This document shows, piece after piece, positions 1 to 13,480 of a stretch of DNA of 64,000 nt. The notes under the pieces are model-generated. The model had not been told where the DNA came from. It saw only the letters and a program-made list of their open reading frames with translations, and searched no databases. The translations under genes and the position numbers were made by a program. The stretch spans positions 40,238,001 to 40,302,000 of the forward strand of contig NC_043014.1 of the NCBI RefSeq assembly GCF_006345805.1. Reading direction: 5' to 3'. How positions within the stretch are numbered: the stretch's first letter is position 1; every line of letters begins with the position of its first letter. The stretch is from Octopus sinensis (taxonomy: Eukaryota).

Positions 1-593
1 TAAAAGAAACGTTCACGATGATACTGTGTTGCTGCCAAAAGTCAGACATATATTTTCGGCTAATACACAGACAAAAAAATAAAGAACTGATTCACAGCCA
101 GTTCAAGAACTGTTTGATCATTTGGCATAGTGAAGAAAATTTTTATGAAAAGTGTTTTTAACAAGTGAAAAAAAAATTGGGTTTATGGCCATGATGTTGA
201 ATGAAAAAGATATACATACAAATATACACACAAGTATGTAAATGAACACACACATATATAGACATATACATATAAGTTCCAATGTACGTAAAGCGGTTAG
301 CTTTAAAGCTAAGGACTTTATGGACGTGAAACTCTGAGTAATCCCTATAGACTGATCATAACTGACTTTACCTAATTACTCTACTGCTCTATAACATAGA
401 GTGTGGCTTCTCCTTCGGATTTAGGATTAACTGACAATATATATATTGGTAAAAACGGTAAGATAACAAAAGAAAGAGAGAGACTTCAATATTATGTAAA
501 TAGAGGAAATTTATCTGTAAATTAATATGTGACAATAATTCAATAACCAAGATAAAACTCTGAGTTTCGCATGCCGAGGTGGAAATCTGGCCA

Positions 594-654
594 GATAACC
601 GAAGAGATGGTGTTGTGGATTTCCACCTCGGCATCCGAAACTCAGAGTTTTATC
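594..654 (+). ncRNA. Type-I hammerhead ribozyme-like motif (U4C core)
   Basis: GAUAA-CCGAAGA-GAUG..CAUC-C-GAAA-CUC-A-GAG-UU-UUAUC; stem I GAUAA/UUAUC, GUU triplet, stem II register off by one. Confidence 0.55.
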
Positions 655-867
655 TTGGCTATTGAATAATTGTCACATATCAATTTACAGATATATATAT
701 ATATATTATATATAGAGATATATATATATATGCATATATACGAACATACATATTAATAATCATATACATTATTATAACAAGGGATTGGCTATAAGCCTGG
801 AAAAACAGACACCAAAAGACGCTATTACCACCTATTATACACACGCGCACACACGTACTTATGTAAG

Positions 868-1063
868 GTTAGGTAAGGCCTGTTTGCGAGATTTCCCTGG
901 GTTTCACATCCATAAAGCCCTTAGCTTTATGGCGTATTATAATCAGATCCCAAACTTGTTGGGTTATGACTTCTCTAGAAAATGCTGATGATACGCCGTA
1001 AAGCTAAGAGCTTTAAGGACCTGGAAACCCAGGGAAATCCCATAAACCGGCCTTACCTAACCC
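868..1063. mobile_element. Fold-back MITE with about 70-bp imperfect TIRs
   Basis: ggttaggtaaggcc..cttagctttatggcgtat / atacgccgtaaagctaag..ggccttacctaacc. Confidence 0.7.
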
Positions 1064-1299
1064 TTATTTAGATAAAATAATGCCCTAAAACTTAGTGCCC
1101 TTCTTTTTCGGATTTATGTTTTACAGACGATATATATATATATATGGTAAGAAGCTTGCTTCTCAATCACATGGTTTCGGGTTCAGTCCCACTGCGTAGC
1201 AACTTGGGCAAAACCTTGTGAGTGGATCTGTTGACGGAAACTGAAAAAAGCTCGTGGTGTATATACATATATGTGTATATATATCTGTGTGGCTGTGTC

Positions 1300-1367
<68 letters not shown>

Positions 1368-1379
1368 CACATACATACT

Positions 1380-1423
<44 letters not shown>

Positions 1424-1435
1424 ATATATATATAA

Positions 1436-1468
<33 letters not shown>

Positions 1469-3540
1469 CTGTGTGGCTGTGTCTGCATATATATATATAT
1501 ATATATAATATATATATATATAATACACATATATATATATACAATATATATATATATATATACACATATATATATATACAATATATATATATATATATAC
1601 ACATATATATATATACAATATATATATATACACATATATATATATACATATATATATTTGCGTATATATATATATTTGCATATATATATATATACATATA
1701 TATTTGTATATATATATACATATATTTGTATATACATATATATTATACTTGCATATATATATATATATATATATGCCTATATGTATACACACACATATAT
1801 ATGCACTACGTATGTTTGTTTGTATGTATGTTACAGCGTGTGTGCGCACATGTAATGCGAGTAGTTGTCTGCTTTTGCAATGCAATTTTTACTTAGTTTT
1901 CATGCTATTTCGAAAATACTATTTTACAAAATTCTTGTCCTTTCTGCTGTTAGAAATGTCACCCGAGGTGGCATCCGTATCTTATACTTGTTGCATGCTT
2001 TTTCAACCATTAGAAATAGTCTAAAATTTATGAAGATTTCGAAATTAGTGCAAGTCTGACAGACAGCACGAAGCTAGCTAACGTTAGTCAACAATGGAAT
2101 AATGAAGAATGAGAGGGAGTAGCGAAACTGCGGATCTTTGCAGAATATTAGTAACGCAAGAGAAATAGTTAAATAATTAAACTGAAATCGCTGATAACTT
2201 GATCGAGAGTTCTGTGATTGCTATTCTCATCGATGCTGATAATCGTAGAGGGAAGCAAAAATGTATAAATGTGAAACTTAAGCCTTCTTTCATTTCAGAG
2301 TAGCGTGTGTAAAGGAAAGAATTGTGAAAGACGAGGACGAGTTCGTATTTAAAGCACCAAGAAACTTCAATTTCCGTAGCCAAATGAATAACGAAATATA
2401 TACAATAATATTTTGAAATTAAGCTAAAGTGGGTTTGATTGTAAATGAATATGTAAACTGACAATATGTAATAAAGTAACTAAAATGCCAGTGAATGAGA
2501 AAGAAATAAACAAATATGAGAACTCACGTTTAGCAGCACAATATATCCAACAAAGAAAAGTTTCTGAGAATGATGATGATCTCAATAAACAATAAACGTG
2601 CTTCTTTTTTACAAATAGTTTCTGTATTCAGCTTGTGTGTGTATATATCTATACATATATAAACATATATAAGTATATATAATAGATATATAATAGATAT
2701 ATATACAACGGTTGGCTCTTCAACGGAAACAAAACTTATACTAACAATTGAAAGTTGAGTTTAAAAGTTTTGTTTTGACAATAGTTGTTGAAGAAAAATA
2801 ATGTTGATTGTTTATATAAGTAGCTGTTGATGGTTTCGGAGCTTAACTGTTGCTTTGGAGTCCAATGCAGATAATAAGAATTGAAAGTTTTTTCTCCCAA
2901 TTTATATTGTAACCAGACGAAAATCCCAAATCTATTTTCAGAAAATCCGGTTTCATTGTTTACACACAGTGGACGGTTACAGAAGAAAGACAACTCTTCG
3001 TTCATATTTAGACTTAATTGAATCAATGAATCATTACACTAATTGCAATAATCGACGAAATATTTTAGTTGGGGGCTTTGTTATGAATGGGAAATTTGCC
3101 CTTGTCGGGGATTTGAACACAGAAATTACGAAGGGACTCCTAACAATATAACACAAAGCATTTTGTTCGCCGCCCTAACAATACGAGCAACGCACCGCTT
3201 TGTGAAAAAGTAACGCAACTACTTTTAAACTCATAGCAGCAGGTGTTTTAAATATGCGTATTCGACTTAAAGAGCGCCTTATATTGTTAAACCCCCACCG
3301 AATACTTCGTCTTTATGATTTCAGAATAGTTAAGGAAAGACAAGTCTATGAAACTGATCAAAGCTATTTCGTCAAAATATTTTTTTTTTAAATCTTTACC
3401 TGTGGTTTATAATGTCATGTGCAAGGTAAACCGAGCTTTCATATTGTTATGATACTACCGTGTATTTTGCTTTTGAGTTCTCTCTGTGTTAGATAAACGT
3501 TGCTTGTAGAACAAAATCCGCGGCACTGCTTAAATACAAA

Positions 3541-3663
3541 GGTCCCGATGCATCTCCGTAACGATATGTTTTACAGTGCATACTAGTTAGGTTTTGTTTT
3601 AAGGTTAGTTAGAGTTTGGGTTAGTTTTAGGGTTTGTTAGGGTTACATAGATGCATCGGGACC
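3541..3663. mobile_element. Small MITE with internal TTAGGG-like repeats
   Basis: TIR ggtcccgatgcatct / agatgcatcgggacc. Confidence 0.7.
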
Positions 3664-3879
3664 GCTCGATAACTAAAAACAATGAGTTATGACTAGTAAC
3701 GCAGAAATTGTAGTAAAAAGCATTTTTTTCTCTGCACCCTATGCATAGTAAGTAAAGCTAATCGATCAGAAAAATATAAATTTAAAAAGCTTTACATTTT
3801 GTATGGCATATAACGTCAGAATGGATATTTCTTATCTAAGTTTTCGAACCTGTCTTTTTCGGCATAATTTCGAAATATA

Positions 3880-4016
3880 AGGTTGTCCCAAAAGTTCGTA
3901 GAAAGTCTTGGAAAATAATGGTCTTTATTTTGAGGAATAATTTTTGTTGTTTTTGTTAGTACTTGGCGAGTAAAAATTCAATTTTCGCAAGTGTTTACGA
4001 ACTTTTGGGACAACCT
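3880..4016. mobile_element. Tc1/mariner-type MITE
   Basis: 21-bp perfect TIR aggttgtcccaaaagttcgta in TA-rich flanks. Confidence 0.75.
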
Positions 4017-5115
4017 AATAGATGTCTATGGAGAAGGGGAGAACAAAACAACCACAAAACATAAAAAAACAACAAACCACGAAACTAACAGAAAACAAAA
4101 CAACTAATAAAGCTGAACAAAACAAAACTCTATTTTCCTTCCTCTTGAAGTGTTGGGTATTTATTCCGAAACTCAGACCTGATTTCAATATCTTTATGAG
4201 ACATATTTATATTTCTTTAGTTAGATTGAGAGGCTCGTAGCTTTGAAATTAGGGCGTTGCTGTCACAATCGCAAGATCGCGGTTTCGATTCCTGGACCAG
4301 GCAGTGCATTGTGTTCAGGAGCAAAACATTTCGTTTCACGTTGCTCCAGTTCACTCAGCTGGCGAAAGTGAGTAAGCCTGCGAAGGACTGGCGTCTCGTC
4401 CAGGGGAAATGTTGTGATCTCGATCACTTATAAACGCCATGGAAACCGATTAACCGACCCTATGAGTTCAAGAACTCGAGATAAATAATGCCAGTAAAAA
4501 TGTTTAATTGTATTGCTTGTCTTGTAACATAAATCATACGTAGAAACACATTCAGACTGAAGAAACTATCATCACAACTTTATAATTACGAATTGATAAA
4601 AAATAAAGGAACTGGAACTCGTCGTGGATGTGAAAAGAATAATGATTTTACGGGATGGAGGTTAGTCGATGTAATCGATTCTAGCGGTTATCTGATACGT
4701 ATTTTATCGACCCCAAAAGGAATTAAGTGCAGAGACGATCTCGGCGGGATACGAACTCAGAAAGTAAAGAACCGGGAAAATGTCGCCAAGTATTTTGTCC
4801 GACACGCTAACGATTGTGCCAGCTCCCCACTTTTGATAATCTATTTATTTATTTGTATAATCAAAAGCGATGATGTGATTTGGCATTTTTGATCGATATC
4901 GTAAACTGCTTAATTGATAGAAGAAAAAAAGTAGTAACCCGTTTAAACGCAGGGGTCCCAGTCACCGGGCTGCGGGTCAGGATCGGGATGTGGGATCATT
5001 TGGTAGCATGCTTCACCGAAAGAATAAATTTTAAATTTTTATTTTTATTTTATTGATCATTGCAGTCTACTGGTAGTTTTTTTTTTTTTTTTTTTTTTTT
5101 GCATTATATATGTAG

Positions 5116-5365
5116 GGCATTCTTTCGATATAACTCGACAAAATCAAAACATTTCATTTTCGGTATTTCCGTGGAAGCAAATGACAGTTCGATTCTGTTT
5201 TCTGCTTGGAAATTTGCGAAATTTACATACACCCACGAAACAGGTGAGAACAAATATGCAAGGGTGTTTTTTCTTCAAGTTTAAAATGAGACCTGTACTC
5301 CACAACCCACGGAAATACCCGAAATGAACTGTTTTGATTTTGTCGAGTTATATCGAAAGAATGCC
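5116..5365. mobile_element. MITE with about 58-bp TIRs
   Basis: ggcattctttcgatataactcgacaaaatcaaaac.. matches its reverse complement at about 5308-5365. Confidence 0.8.
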
Positions 5366-5623
5366 ATATGTATTATTTATGTGATAATTAAATTAGATAT
5401 TATGAATGTTATTGTGTGTTGCTCTGCGTGTGATTCCTCTGATCCGTGGAAAAATTGTCTTGAATGTAACCGAAGGTAATGCCCCATCCCACAAAAAAAG
5501 GGAAAAAAAAGGGGTTGGGATCTTTGGTTTAACTGTTGCAAACGTCGGTTTATATTGACCATAACAATATTAGAAATACAAAGTACAAGAATTGCAAATA
5601 AATAAATATTTATTTCTGATATT

Positions 5624-6020
5624 GGCGCTGGAGTGGCTGTGTGGTAAGTAGCTTGCTAACCAACCACATGGTTCCGGGTTCAGTTTCACTGCGTGGCATC
5701 TTGGGCAAGTGTCTTCCGCTATAGCCCTGGGCCGACCAATGCCTTGTGAGTGGATTTGGTAGACGGAAACTGAAAGAAGCCTGTCGTATATATGTATATA
5801 TATATGTGTGTGTGTGTTTGTGTGTCTGTGTTTGTCCCCCTAGCATTGCATGACAACCGATGCTGGTGTGTTTACGTCCCCGTCACTTAGCGGTTCGGCA
5901 AAAGAGACCGATAGAATAAGTACTCGGCTTACAACGAATAAGTCCCCGGGTCGATTTGCTCGACTAAAGGCGGTGCTCCAGCATGGCCGCAGTCAAATGA
6001 AACAAGTAAAAGAATAAAGA
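5624..6020 (+). mobile_element. tRNA-derived SINE family A (about 400 bp, internal (TA)/(TG) tract, AAAAGAGT-type tail)
   Basis: Pol III A/B-box-like head tggctgtgtggtaag..ggttcagtcc; over 15 full or partial copies, e.g. 16482-16885(-), 28531-28953, 31975-32400, 32760-33167(-), 34627-35035, 57940-58600(-), 59305-59660(-). Confidence 0.9.
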
Positions 6021-6560
6021 AAAAAGAATTGTTTGGAAACAGGGGTTAGTAAGCAGCACCAACCTCAATATTTGACTGGTGTTTATTTTATCGACCTTGA
6101 TAGGACGAAAGGTAAATTGACTTTGGCAAGATTTGAACTCAGAATATAAAAAATAGGCCGGGAAATAGAGCAAGGCAATTTTTCTGATCCCACCCCATCC
6201 CGACGGTTTCTTGTCTTTTTACTTAGTAATTTCAAGGGAAACGGGTTGGGTTGATGGCATAGACCCCCCTGCAATTAGTTGGTACTTTATTTTATCGATG
6301 TCCGAAAAGATAAAAGGTAATGCCGACCTTGGTAGGATTTGAACGCCGAAACAAATGCTACAAAACAACTGTGCATCTCCGCCCCATCGTCCACCATTCA
6401 GCCAAACGATTCAATTACCTCGGCTATTTTGAAAAGTGTTTATTTGAAGTACATGTATTTATGTAAATTTTCACACACACACATGAACACAAATATGCCT
6501 TAAGTTTAATAATATATGATGTTCGTTCATTCACTTTCTCTTGCATATGATTCAGAAATG

Positions 6561-6987
6561 GGATCTTTTCGGTTTGACTGGCAGTTTTTTATACTAATTT
6601 CCACGTAACTAAACACTTTCAAACTTCGTATACTGGTAGAATGTGTTTATAAAACATTTTTTTCTCTTGGCTTTATTGAGAAAATTCTATAGTTTGTAAG
6701 ATATTTGTTGTTGTTTTTTTTCTTCAATTTCTGCAATTTCAACCAATCAGTGACGTCTTTTGAGGGTAAAAAAAAAACATTCTGTGCCGTATGAATATGT
6801 CCCTCGTTTAAGAAACAGATTGGGTTTATTTACATTTGTGAAGAAAAAAAGATACCGTTCCCCCCACTCCTAACCCTAACCCTAAAACAGATAGAAATGC
6901 AATAGATCGATACTAGGGTCATAATTATGGGTAGCAATTTCATATGACCCCGCTAGAAAAAAACTGCCGTTCAAACCGAAAAGATCC
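6561..6987 (+). mobile_element. MITE, about 425 bp, with about 29-bp TIRs
   Basis: ggatcttttcggtttga..gcagttttt / aaaaactgccgttcaaaccgaaaagatcc; flanks cagaaatg / tagaaatg; internal TAACCC repeats. Confidence 0.85.
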
Positions 6988-7279
6988 TAGAAATGTGTCC
7001 TAATTATTGCCAAACAGTAAAACCCTGAATCCCATATTACCAAAACAAAAATAAAAAAAAAGGAAAGAAAGAAAGAAAAGTAAAAGACATTAGAATAACT
7101 GTACATATCTTTATTCAACACAGTTGTTTATAATTACTTAGATAAAAACCCAGAAATACTTTCGTTTTCTCAGAAAGAAATGTTCATTTCTACTAAAGAA
7201 GGCTTTCTAAGAATTCCTGGCTACCGCCTTCTGTGTGAACTGTTATATCCTTGAATGCATTAGTACTTGTCCCGTTATT

Positions 7280-7512
7280 AAGGCGGCGAGCTGGCAGAAA
7301 CGTTAGCACGCCGGGCGAAGTGCGTTGCCGTATTTCGTCTGCCGTTACGTTCCGAGTTCAAATTCCGCCGAGGTCGACTTTGCCTTTCATCCTTCCGGGG
7401 TCGATAAATTAAGTACCAGTTACGCACTGGGGGTCGATGTAATCGACTTAATCCGTTTGTCTGTCCTTGTTTGTCTTCTCTGTGTTTAGCCCCTTGTGGG
7501 CAATAAAGAAAT
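7280..7512 (+). mobile_element. SINE family B (about 230 bp, core gcctttcatcctttcggggtcgataaa)
   Basis: Copies at 23980-24396 (dimer), 27621-28232 (trimer), 36937-37105, 40160-40388(-), 46409-46643(-), 56172-56365, 58377-58575(-); core resembles the Meta/MESC SINE domain (recalled, not verified). Confidence 0.88.
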
Positions 7513-7744
7513 ATATTAAGGCATTATGGCATTTAATTAACGCTGTTTAATGTGTCCACGTGCATGCATGAGAATTTCTAAAATTAAAGATTCGTTATTC
7601 TGCTCATTATAGATGCGCCCGCTGTGGTTCATTCGTATAAATTGCCATTCGCGCGTATTGTAAAACAATAGCAAGCAAAAGCGGTGGAGGTAAAGAATAC
7701 GTACACCACCCGTTTTCGGCGTAACGAAAACCCTAACCCTAACC

Positions 7745-7946
7745 CAGTGCTTTTCAAACGTTTTGCTGGAGCGGAACCCCAAGAAAAACATTCCACTGGC
7801 TCGAGGAACCCCTGTGCAATAATTTAATAGTCGTATGCACACATATCTGCACAGGAGAATTAAAAATTACTGCCGATTTTAGCAGTTTTGTAACTTCTTG
7901 CGGAACCCCTGGACTGTACTGGCGGAATCCTGGTTGAAAACCACTG
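7745..7946. mobile_element. hAT-type MITE nested in another TIR element (about 7680-7999)
   Basis: cagtgcttttcaa / ttgaaaaccactg TIRs; perfect 8-bp TSD ccctaacc. Confidence 0.85.
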
Positions 7947-8111
7947 CCCTAACCCCTAATCTTAAACATCGGGTGTGCGTATTGTTTACCTTCGCCTGCA
8001 AAAGGTACCCTGATCGGTTCTAAATGACACCTGCTAGAGATCTCTTATCTTTTACTTGTTTCAGTTATTGGACAGCGGCCATGCTGGAGCACTGTATTGA
8101 ACAGTTTAGTA

Positions 8112-9002
8112 CAGTGGTTCTCAGCCGGGGTCCATATGGCCTCTGAGGGTCCATATAAGATTTTTGGGGGTCCACGCAACAAAATAAATTGGGAATCCGC
8201 TATAGTATTTTAAGGGACCCTGGAAAACTTTTGCTTTAGATGTATGTATTAGTATTTGTTGCACGAAAAAGCTAGGTTTCTTTCTCTAACAGTTTACATA
8301 GTTTAACCTATGCAAGTTAGGCAAGTGGAGGCACATGGTCTAGCGGTTAGTGGGATCGCGAGTTCGAATCTCAAACCGGGCGATGTGTGTGTTTATGAGC
8401 GAAACACGTAAGCTCCACGCTGCCCGGCAGAAAGTAATGGCGAACGTCTTCTGACTCTTTAGCCACAACTTTCTCTCATAAATGGCGGTGCCCCAGCATG
8501 CCCACAGCTCGTGAGCTGAAACTAGATGAAATAAAAAATAAATAAAGTGTGGAAAGCAAAAGAGGACTTCTGACAGTAGTAGTATCTATAAAACTATGTA
8601 GTTTTTAAACATCGAATGGTTATGGAAGTCCACCAGAATAAAATAGTAATCTGTGTGACCTCTGGTATCTTTGATAGTATTAGAACTAGTTCATTGATTA
8701 AGGTATTATGGCATTTAATTAACATTTACTCTTTTACTTGTTTCAGTCAGTTGACTGCGGCCATGCTGGAGCACCGCCTTTAGTCGAGCAACTCGACCCC
8801 GGGACTTATTCTTTGTAAGCCCAGTACTTATTCTATCGGTCTCTTTTGCCGAACCGCTAGGTGACGGCGACATAAACACACCAGCATCGGTTGTCAAGTA
8901 GTGCTAGGGGGACAAACACAGACACACACACATACACGCACACTGTTTAATTTCTCCACGTGCATAGGTAAAACAAAAGAGAAAAATGGTTGAGAACCTC
9001 TG
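8112..9002. mobile_element. hAT-type MITE inserted in a SINE and carrying nested SINE pieces
   Basis: cagtggttctcagcc / ggttgagaacctctg TIRs; imperfect 8-bp TSD gtttagta / ggttagtc; host SINE resumes after 9002. Confidence 0.7.
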
Positions 9003-12000
9003 GGTTAGTCGAACAAACCAACCTCTACGTCTGTCGGTTATTTTTACAGAACCGCTATGTTATGGGGGCGTAAACAAACGAACACCGGTTGTCAAGCAGT
9101 GGAGGAGACGAACACAAACACGAAGAAACGGTGCGCACACACACACACAGACAGACACGATATAAAAGTAGTTCATAGTAGACTAGTAAGCTAATAAGAC
9201 ATGTTTCCCGGATTCTGTGACGTAAATATTCCTCCCTGGGACGAGACGCTGTTCCATCGCAGGAACACTCACTTTTGCTGCCCAGTAGAATGGAGCAACG
9301 TGAAATGAAGTGTTTTCCTAAAGAACACAACGCATCGCTCCGTTCAAGAATCGAAACCACAATCTAACGTTTGTTAGTGCAACACCCTAAACCACTGAGC
9401 CACGCTCCTCTACGTTGATCAGAATTACACAATAAATGTTACTTAGCATCAATTTTACTAGTAGTTATGTTCGTATTTTTGCGAAAAGTCCTACTTAAGG
9501 TTGGATGACCAACACACACAGACTCTCATACACACGAACTTACACGCACACACACACAAACATACACACACATACACACACTCACGATATAAAAGTAGTT
9601 CATACGAAGTTATTAACGACAGAATAAGTAGGAATTAAATGAATGCACATGATCATGTGTGCATGATTCAGCACTTAAAGATCTTTTTTGTTAGGCTGCA
9701 CCTGGGGAAATTTTATAGTTTTATAGTTGGTATATTAATGTAATTTTCCACGCTGAATCTCAGGAGGTAATTCACCTTTTCCCAAGGTTAAAAACAAAAA
9801 CAAACAAACAAACAAAAAAGGTACAGAGATTTAAAGTTTGGCAAATTTTACCCAGTCAGAAAACAGGATTTGGAAGTTGTCATTTTGTGCGTGACTTGCA
9901 CGTGTTGTCAATTGTAACCAAATGAAATATTGGCGGAATTCTGCTTTGCGCATGCCATATAACCCCTCGTAACTTTTTTATTTTTTGGAATTTTCAAAAA
10001 ATTCTTGCCATTTTGTATTCTACACACAGGAGTTTATACGATTATGCAAATAAATAAGTAAATAAAATTGTGATTGATTTAAAGTCTATTTAGCTGTTAT
10101 TTTTTTAACATCTCATTCCGCATTTGTTATAAGCATTTAATAAGCGACAAAAAGAACACGTGGTTAGCAGCCTGGTAACAGTTTGGCTTGTTACTATGGA
10201 ATGTTGCTTTCCATTGGCTAAAATTACTCAAAATTCGAAAACTTTAAAAGTTATTAACTCTTTTTTTTTTAATATTTATCCACCCTTTTCAAGCCTAACC
10301 TGGCTCATGGGCCCGGTTTCCCGGTTTTGTGGCGTATGTGTTCCCCCACCCCAGCTGGACGGGACGCAAGTCCATCGCAGCATTACTCAAGAAAGAGTGA
10401 GAGAAAGTTGGGGTCGCCACCACCCCCTGCCGGAGCTTCGTGGAGCTTTAGCTGTTTTCACTCAATAAACACACACACCGCCTGGTCTGGGAATCGAAAC
10501 CGCGATCCTCCGACCGCGAGTCCGGTGCCCTAACCACTGGGCCATTGCGCATCCACGATTAACTCTTTACTTATTGATTTATAGCGAACATGAATTTCAT
10601 GTAAATGATTACTTTACAAAACTACACCAGAAGACCCAATATGAAATTAATCGGAACAAAAATTGAAGAAATTGAAAAATGACAGCCTAACAAAAGACCC
10701 TAATCTTGGTGCCATGAGATCCCGTCGTAATGTATTGTGAGAAGTTTGCTTCACAACCACATGGTTCAGGGTTCGGTCCCGGTACGTGTCACCTCAGGCT
10801 GATCAAAGCCTTGTAAGTGGATTTGCTTGACGGAAACTGAGAGAAGCCCGTGTGTGTGAATACAGATACTCACACATATGACGGGATCTCATGTGATTTC
10901 CGTTTGCGAAATTCGTTCACTAGCTACTGATCGACCCCGGGCTATAGTAGAAGACACTTGCCCAAGGTGCCGCGCAGTGGGACTGAAACCAAATCCACTT
11001 GGTTGAAACTAAATCAACTTCTTAACCACAAATCTATGCCTCCTCAAAAAAAGTTTAAAAAATTTTTTAATTTAAAAAAGAAAAGAGAAGAAAATGTGTG
11101 ATTTGGTCGCTTTTGTTCGCTAGGTCAACGTTAAGCTGAAACCAGAGAAGCTACAACAGGATGTTTTATTTTCAGCTAGAAAACTAGTGATTTAATTCTT
11201 TGACAACTTAACTGTCGTCTGAATTCTAATTTCTATTAAGCTTATCTAAAATTCCGAGATTGTCTCTGCCAGTCTACACCAGAATTCAAAATGGAGGATC
11301 AGAGGCACTTTATGAATCGTCTATAATATATTAAAAATGAACATCAATCTTGCCTGCTTGTTTGCAATGTTGCACAGCCAAACTGGCGTGTAATGGGAAA
11401 ATACTTTGAAAATAAAGTGACCCTGAAGTGTGAAGACAAACAGAATAAAACAAGTTTCGCGTATGTCGGACCAGTGATTATTGAGATATTCGGAGTTTTG
11501 GGGGCATAAATACCTAAAACGGTGCATTATGGGAAAATACCCCAAAAATAACTTAACCCTGAAAGGGAAGAACCTCTAACGTTTCCATTAGATACATTAT
11601 GATGGGTAAAATATTTTAAAGTGAAAATGACTTTAATAGTACGAAAATATTTCGTAAAAGACCCATTCGTAACCTCGGTGTCAAATAGTTTTTTTCCTAT
11701 AGTTTTCTTTCGAGTTCATTCAACGTATCTCACCTCCAAAGATTTGGCTACTATTTCTAGCACGCCCTGCTACCACGCAACAGCTATTGCGATAAAGGAC
11801 CTGAAATACCTGTTATGTCGTAGCAGGGCGTGCAAGAAATACCAGCCAAATTTTCCTTTCTGGGGAAAGGAGCCATTTACGCGTGTTTTCGATGTCACAT
11901 TCGTTGAAAGCATGAGAAATATCCTGGAAGATAAAACAAAAACCTACGAAACAAAACTCCGTTGCTGGGAAACTCAGACTTTCCCGGTTATCCTACGGGT

Positions 12001-12308
12001 TACGGGTAGACTAGTAAGCTAGGAAAAGTGTTTTCCTAAACAACACAACGCATCGCTCGGTTCAAGAATCGAGACCACAGTCTAACATTTGCTAGTGCAA
12101 CACCCCAAACCACTGAGCCACGCTCCTCTACATTGATCAGAATTACACAATAAATGTTACTTAACATCATTTTCACTCGTAGTTATTTTCGTATTTTTGC
12201 GAAAAGTCCTACTTAAGGTTGTAAGACTAGCACACACACAAACTTACACGCACACAGAAACACACACACGCATACATACATACATACATACATACATACA
12301 TACATACA

Positions 12309-12340
<32 letters not shown>

Positions 12341-12347
12341 CATATAC

Positions 12348-12405
<58 letters not shown>

Positions 12406-12480
12406 CAATTGCAGCGTGGAAGGTGTTTATAAGCCATTTAAGAAACACGCAAAACCGTTAGATTCACTTCAACATTTAAA

Positions 12481-12531
12481 TTTGTCAAAATATTTTCGTC
12501 GCTCTGAGACCGCGACCTGTTCACTGACAAA
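12481..12531 (-). ncRNA. Type-I hammerhead ribozyme, G3-C8 swapped core
   Basis: UUUGUCA-GUGAACA-G-GUCGC-ggucucaga-GCGAC-GAAA-AUAU-UU-UGACAAA; 7-bp stem I, 5-bp stem II; lies between two (TA)n tracts. Confidence 0.65.
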
Positions 12532-12540
12532 GCTTCGTGC

Positions 12541-12625
<85 letters not shown>

Positions 12626-12834
12626 ATATGCACACATACATAACGGGGGTGTATAGAATATATATTATATACACCCTCGTGTTTCGGAAGTAACTGGTCC
12701 ACAAATTTTGCCTTAACGCGATATCTAACATTGGAAAATCCTGTCATGTGTCATTAACTTTCTCAAAGGTTTCCATTTTATAAATAGACAAAGCGTTCTC
12801 ACAGTTTACTTTTCGCAAAAATAAATAAATAAAA

Positions 12835-12885
<51 letters not shown>

Positions 12886-13064
12886 CTAGCAGACTTTAAA
12901 TAAAGTAACAACGAAAAGCAAGCAGCACATTTATTATGCATGAAAACAATTTCTATAAATACTACATATTTATGTATGCATAAAAACTTTTGAAATGAAA
13001 TACGTTAGGTTATAAATATGAATCGCTGAAGTATACGTTCATAACACAAAAGTATACGTATACG

Positions 13065-13480
13065 GGATCTTTTCGGTTTGAACGGCAGTTTTTTCTAGCG
13101 GTGTCATATGAAATTGTCACCCATAATTATGACCCTAGTATCGATCTATTGCATTTCTATCTGTTTTAGGGTTAGAGTTAGGGGTGGGGGAAAGGTTTCT
13201 TTTTTTCTTCACAAATGTAAATAAACCCAATCTGTTTCTTAAACGAGGGACATATTCATACGGCACAGAATGTTTTCACCTCAATAGACGTCACTGATTG
13301 GTTGAAATTGCAGAAATTGAAGAAAAAAAACAACAAATATCTTACAAACTATAGAATTTTCTCAATAAAGCCAAGAGAAAAATATGTTTTATAAACACAT
13401 TCTACCAGTATACGAAGTTTTAAAATGTTTAGTTACGTGGAAATTATTTTAAAAGACTGCCGTTCAAACCGAAAAGATCC
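13065..13480 (-). mobile_element. Second copy of the 6561 MITE, inverted
   Basis: Near-identical reverse complement; TSD cgtatacg (8 bp), or gtatac (6 bp) if termini are GGG/CCC. Confidence 0.88.

Noticed and set aside
1163-1896. YIYI-type ORFs here and at other TA/ATAC tracts
   Set aside because: Microsatellite translations
2177-3026. Short protein-like frames in unique sequence; similar case at 15170-15800
   Set aside because: No recognisable domain and no consistent exon chain
10480-10556. tRNA gene
   Set aside because: tRNA-like SINE head continuous with a SINE body and present in many diverged copies
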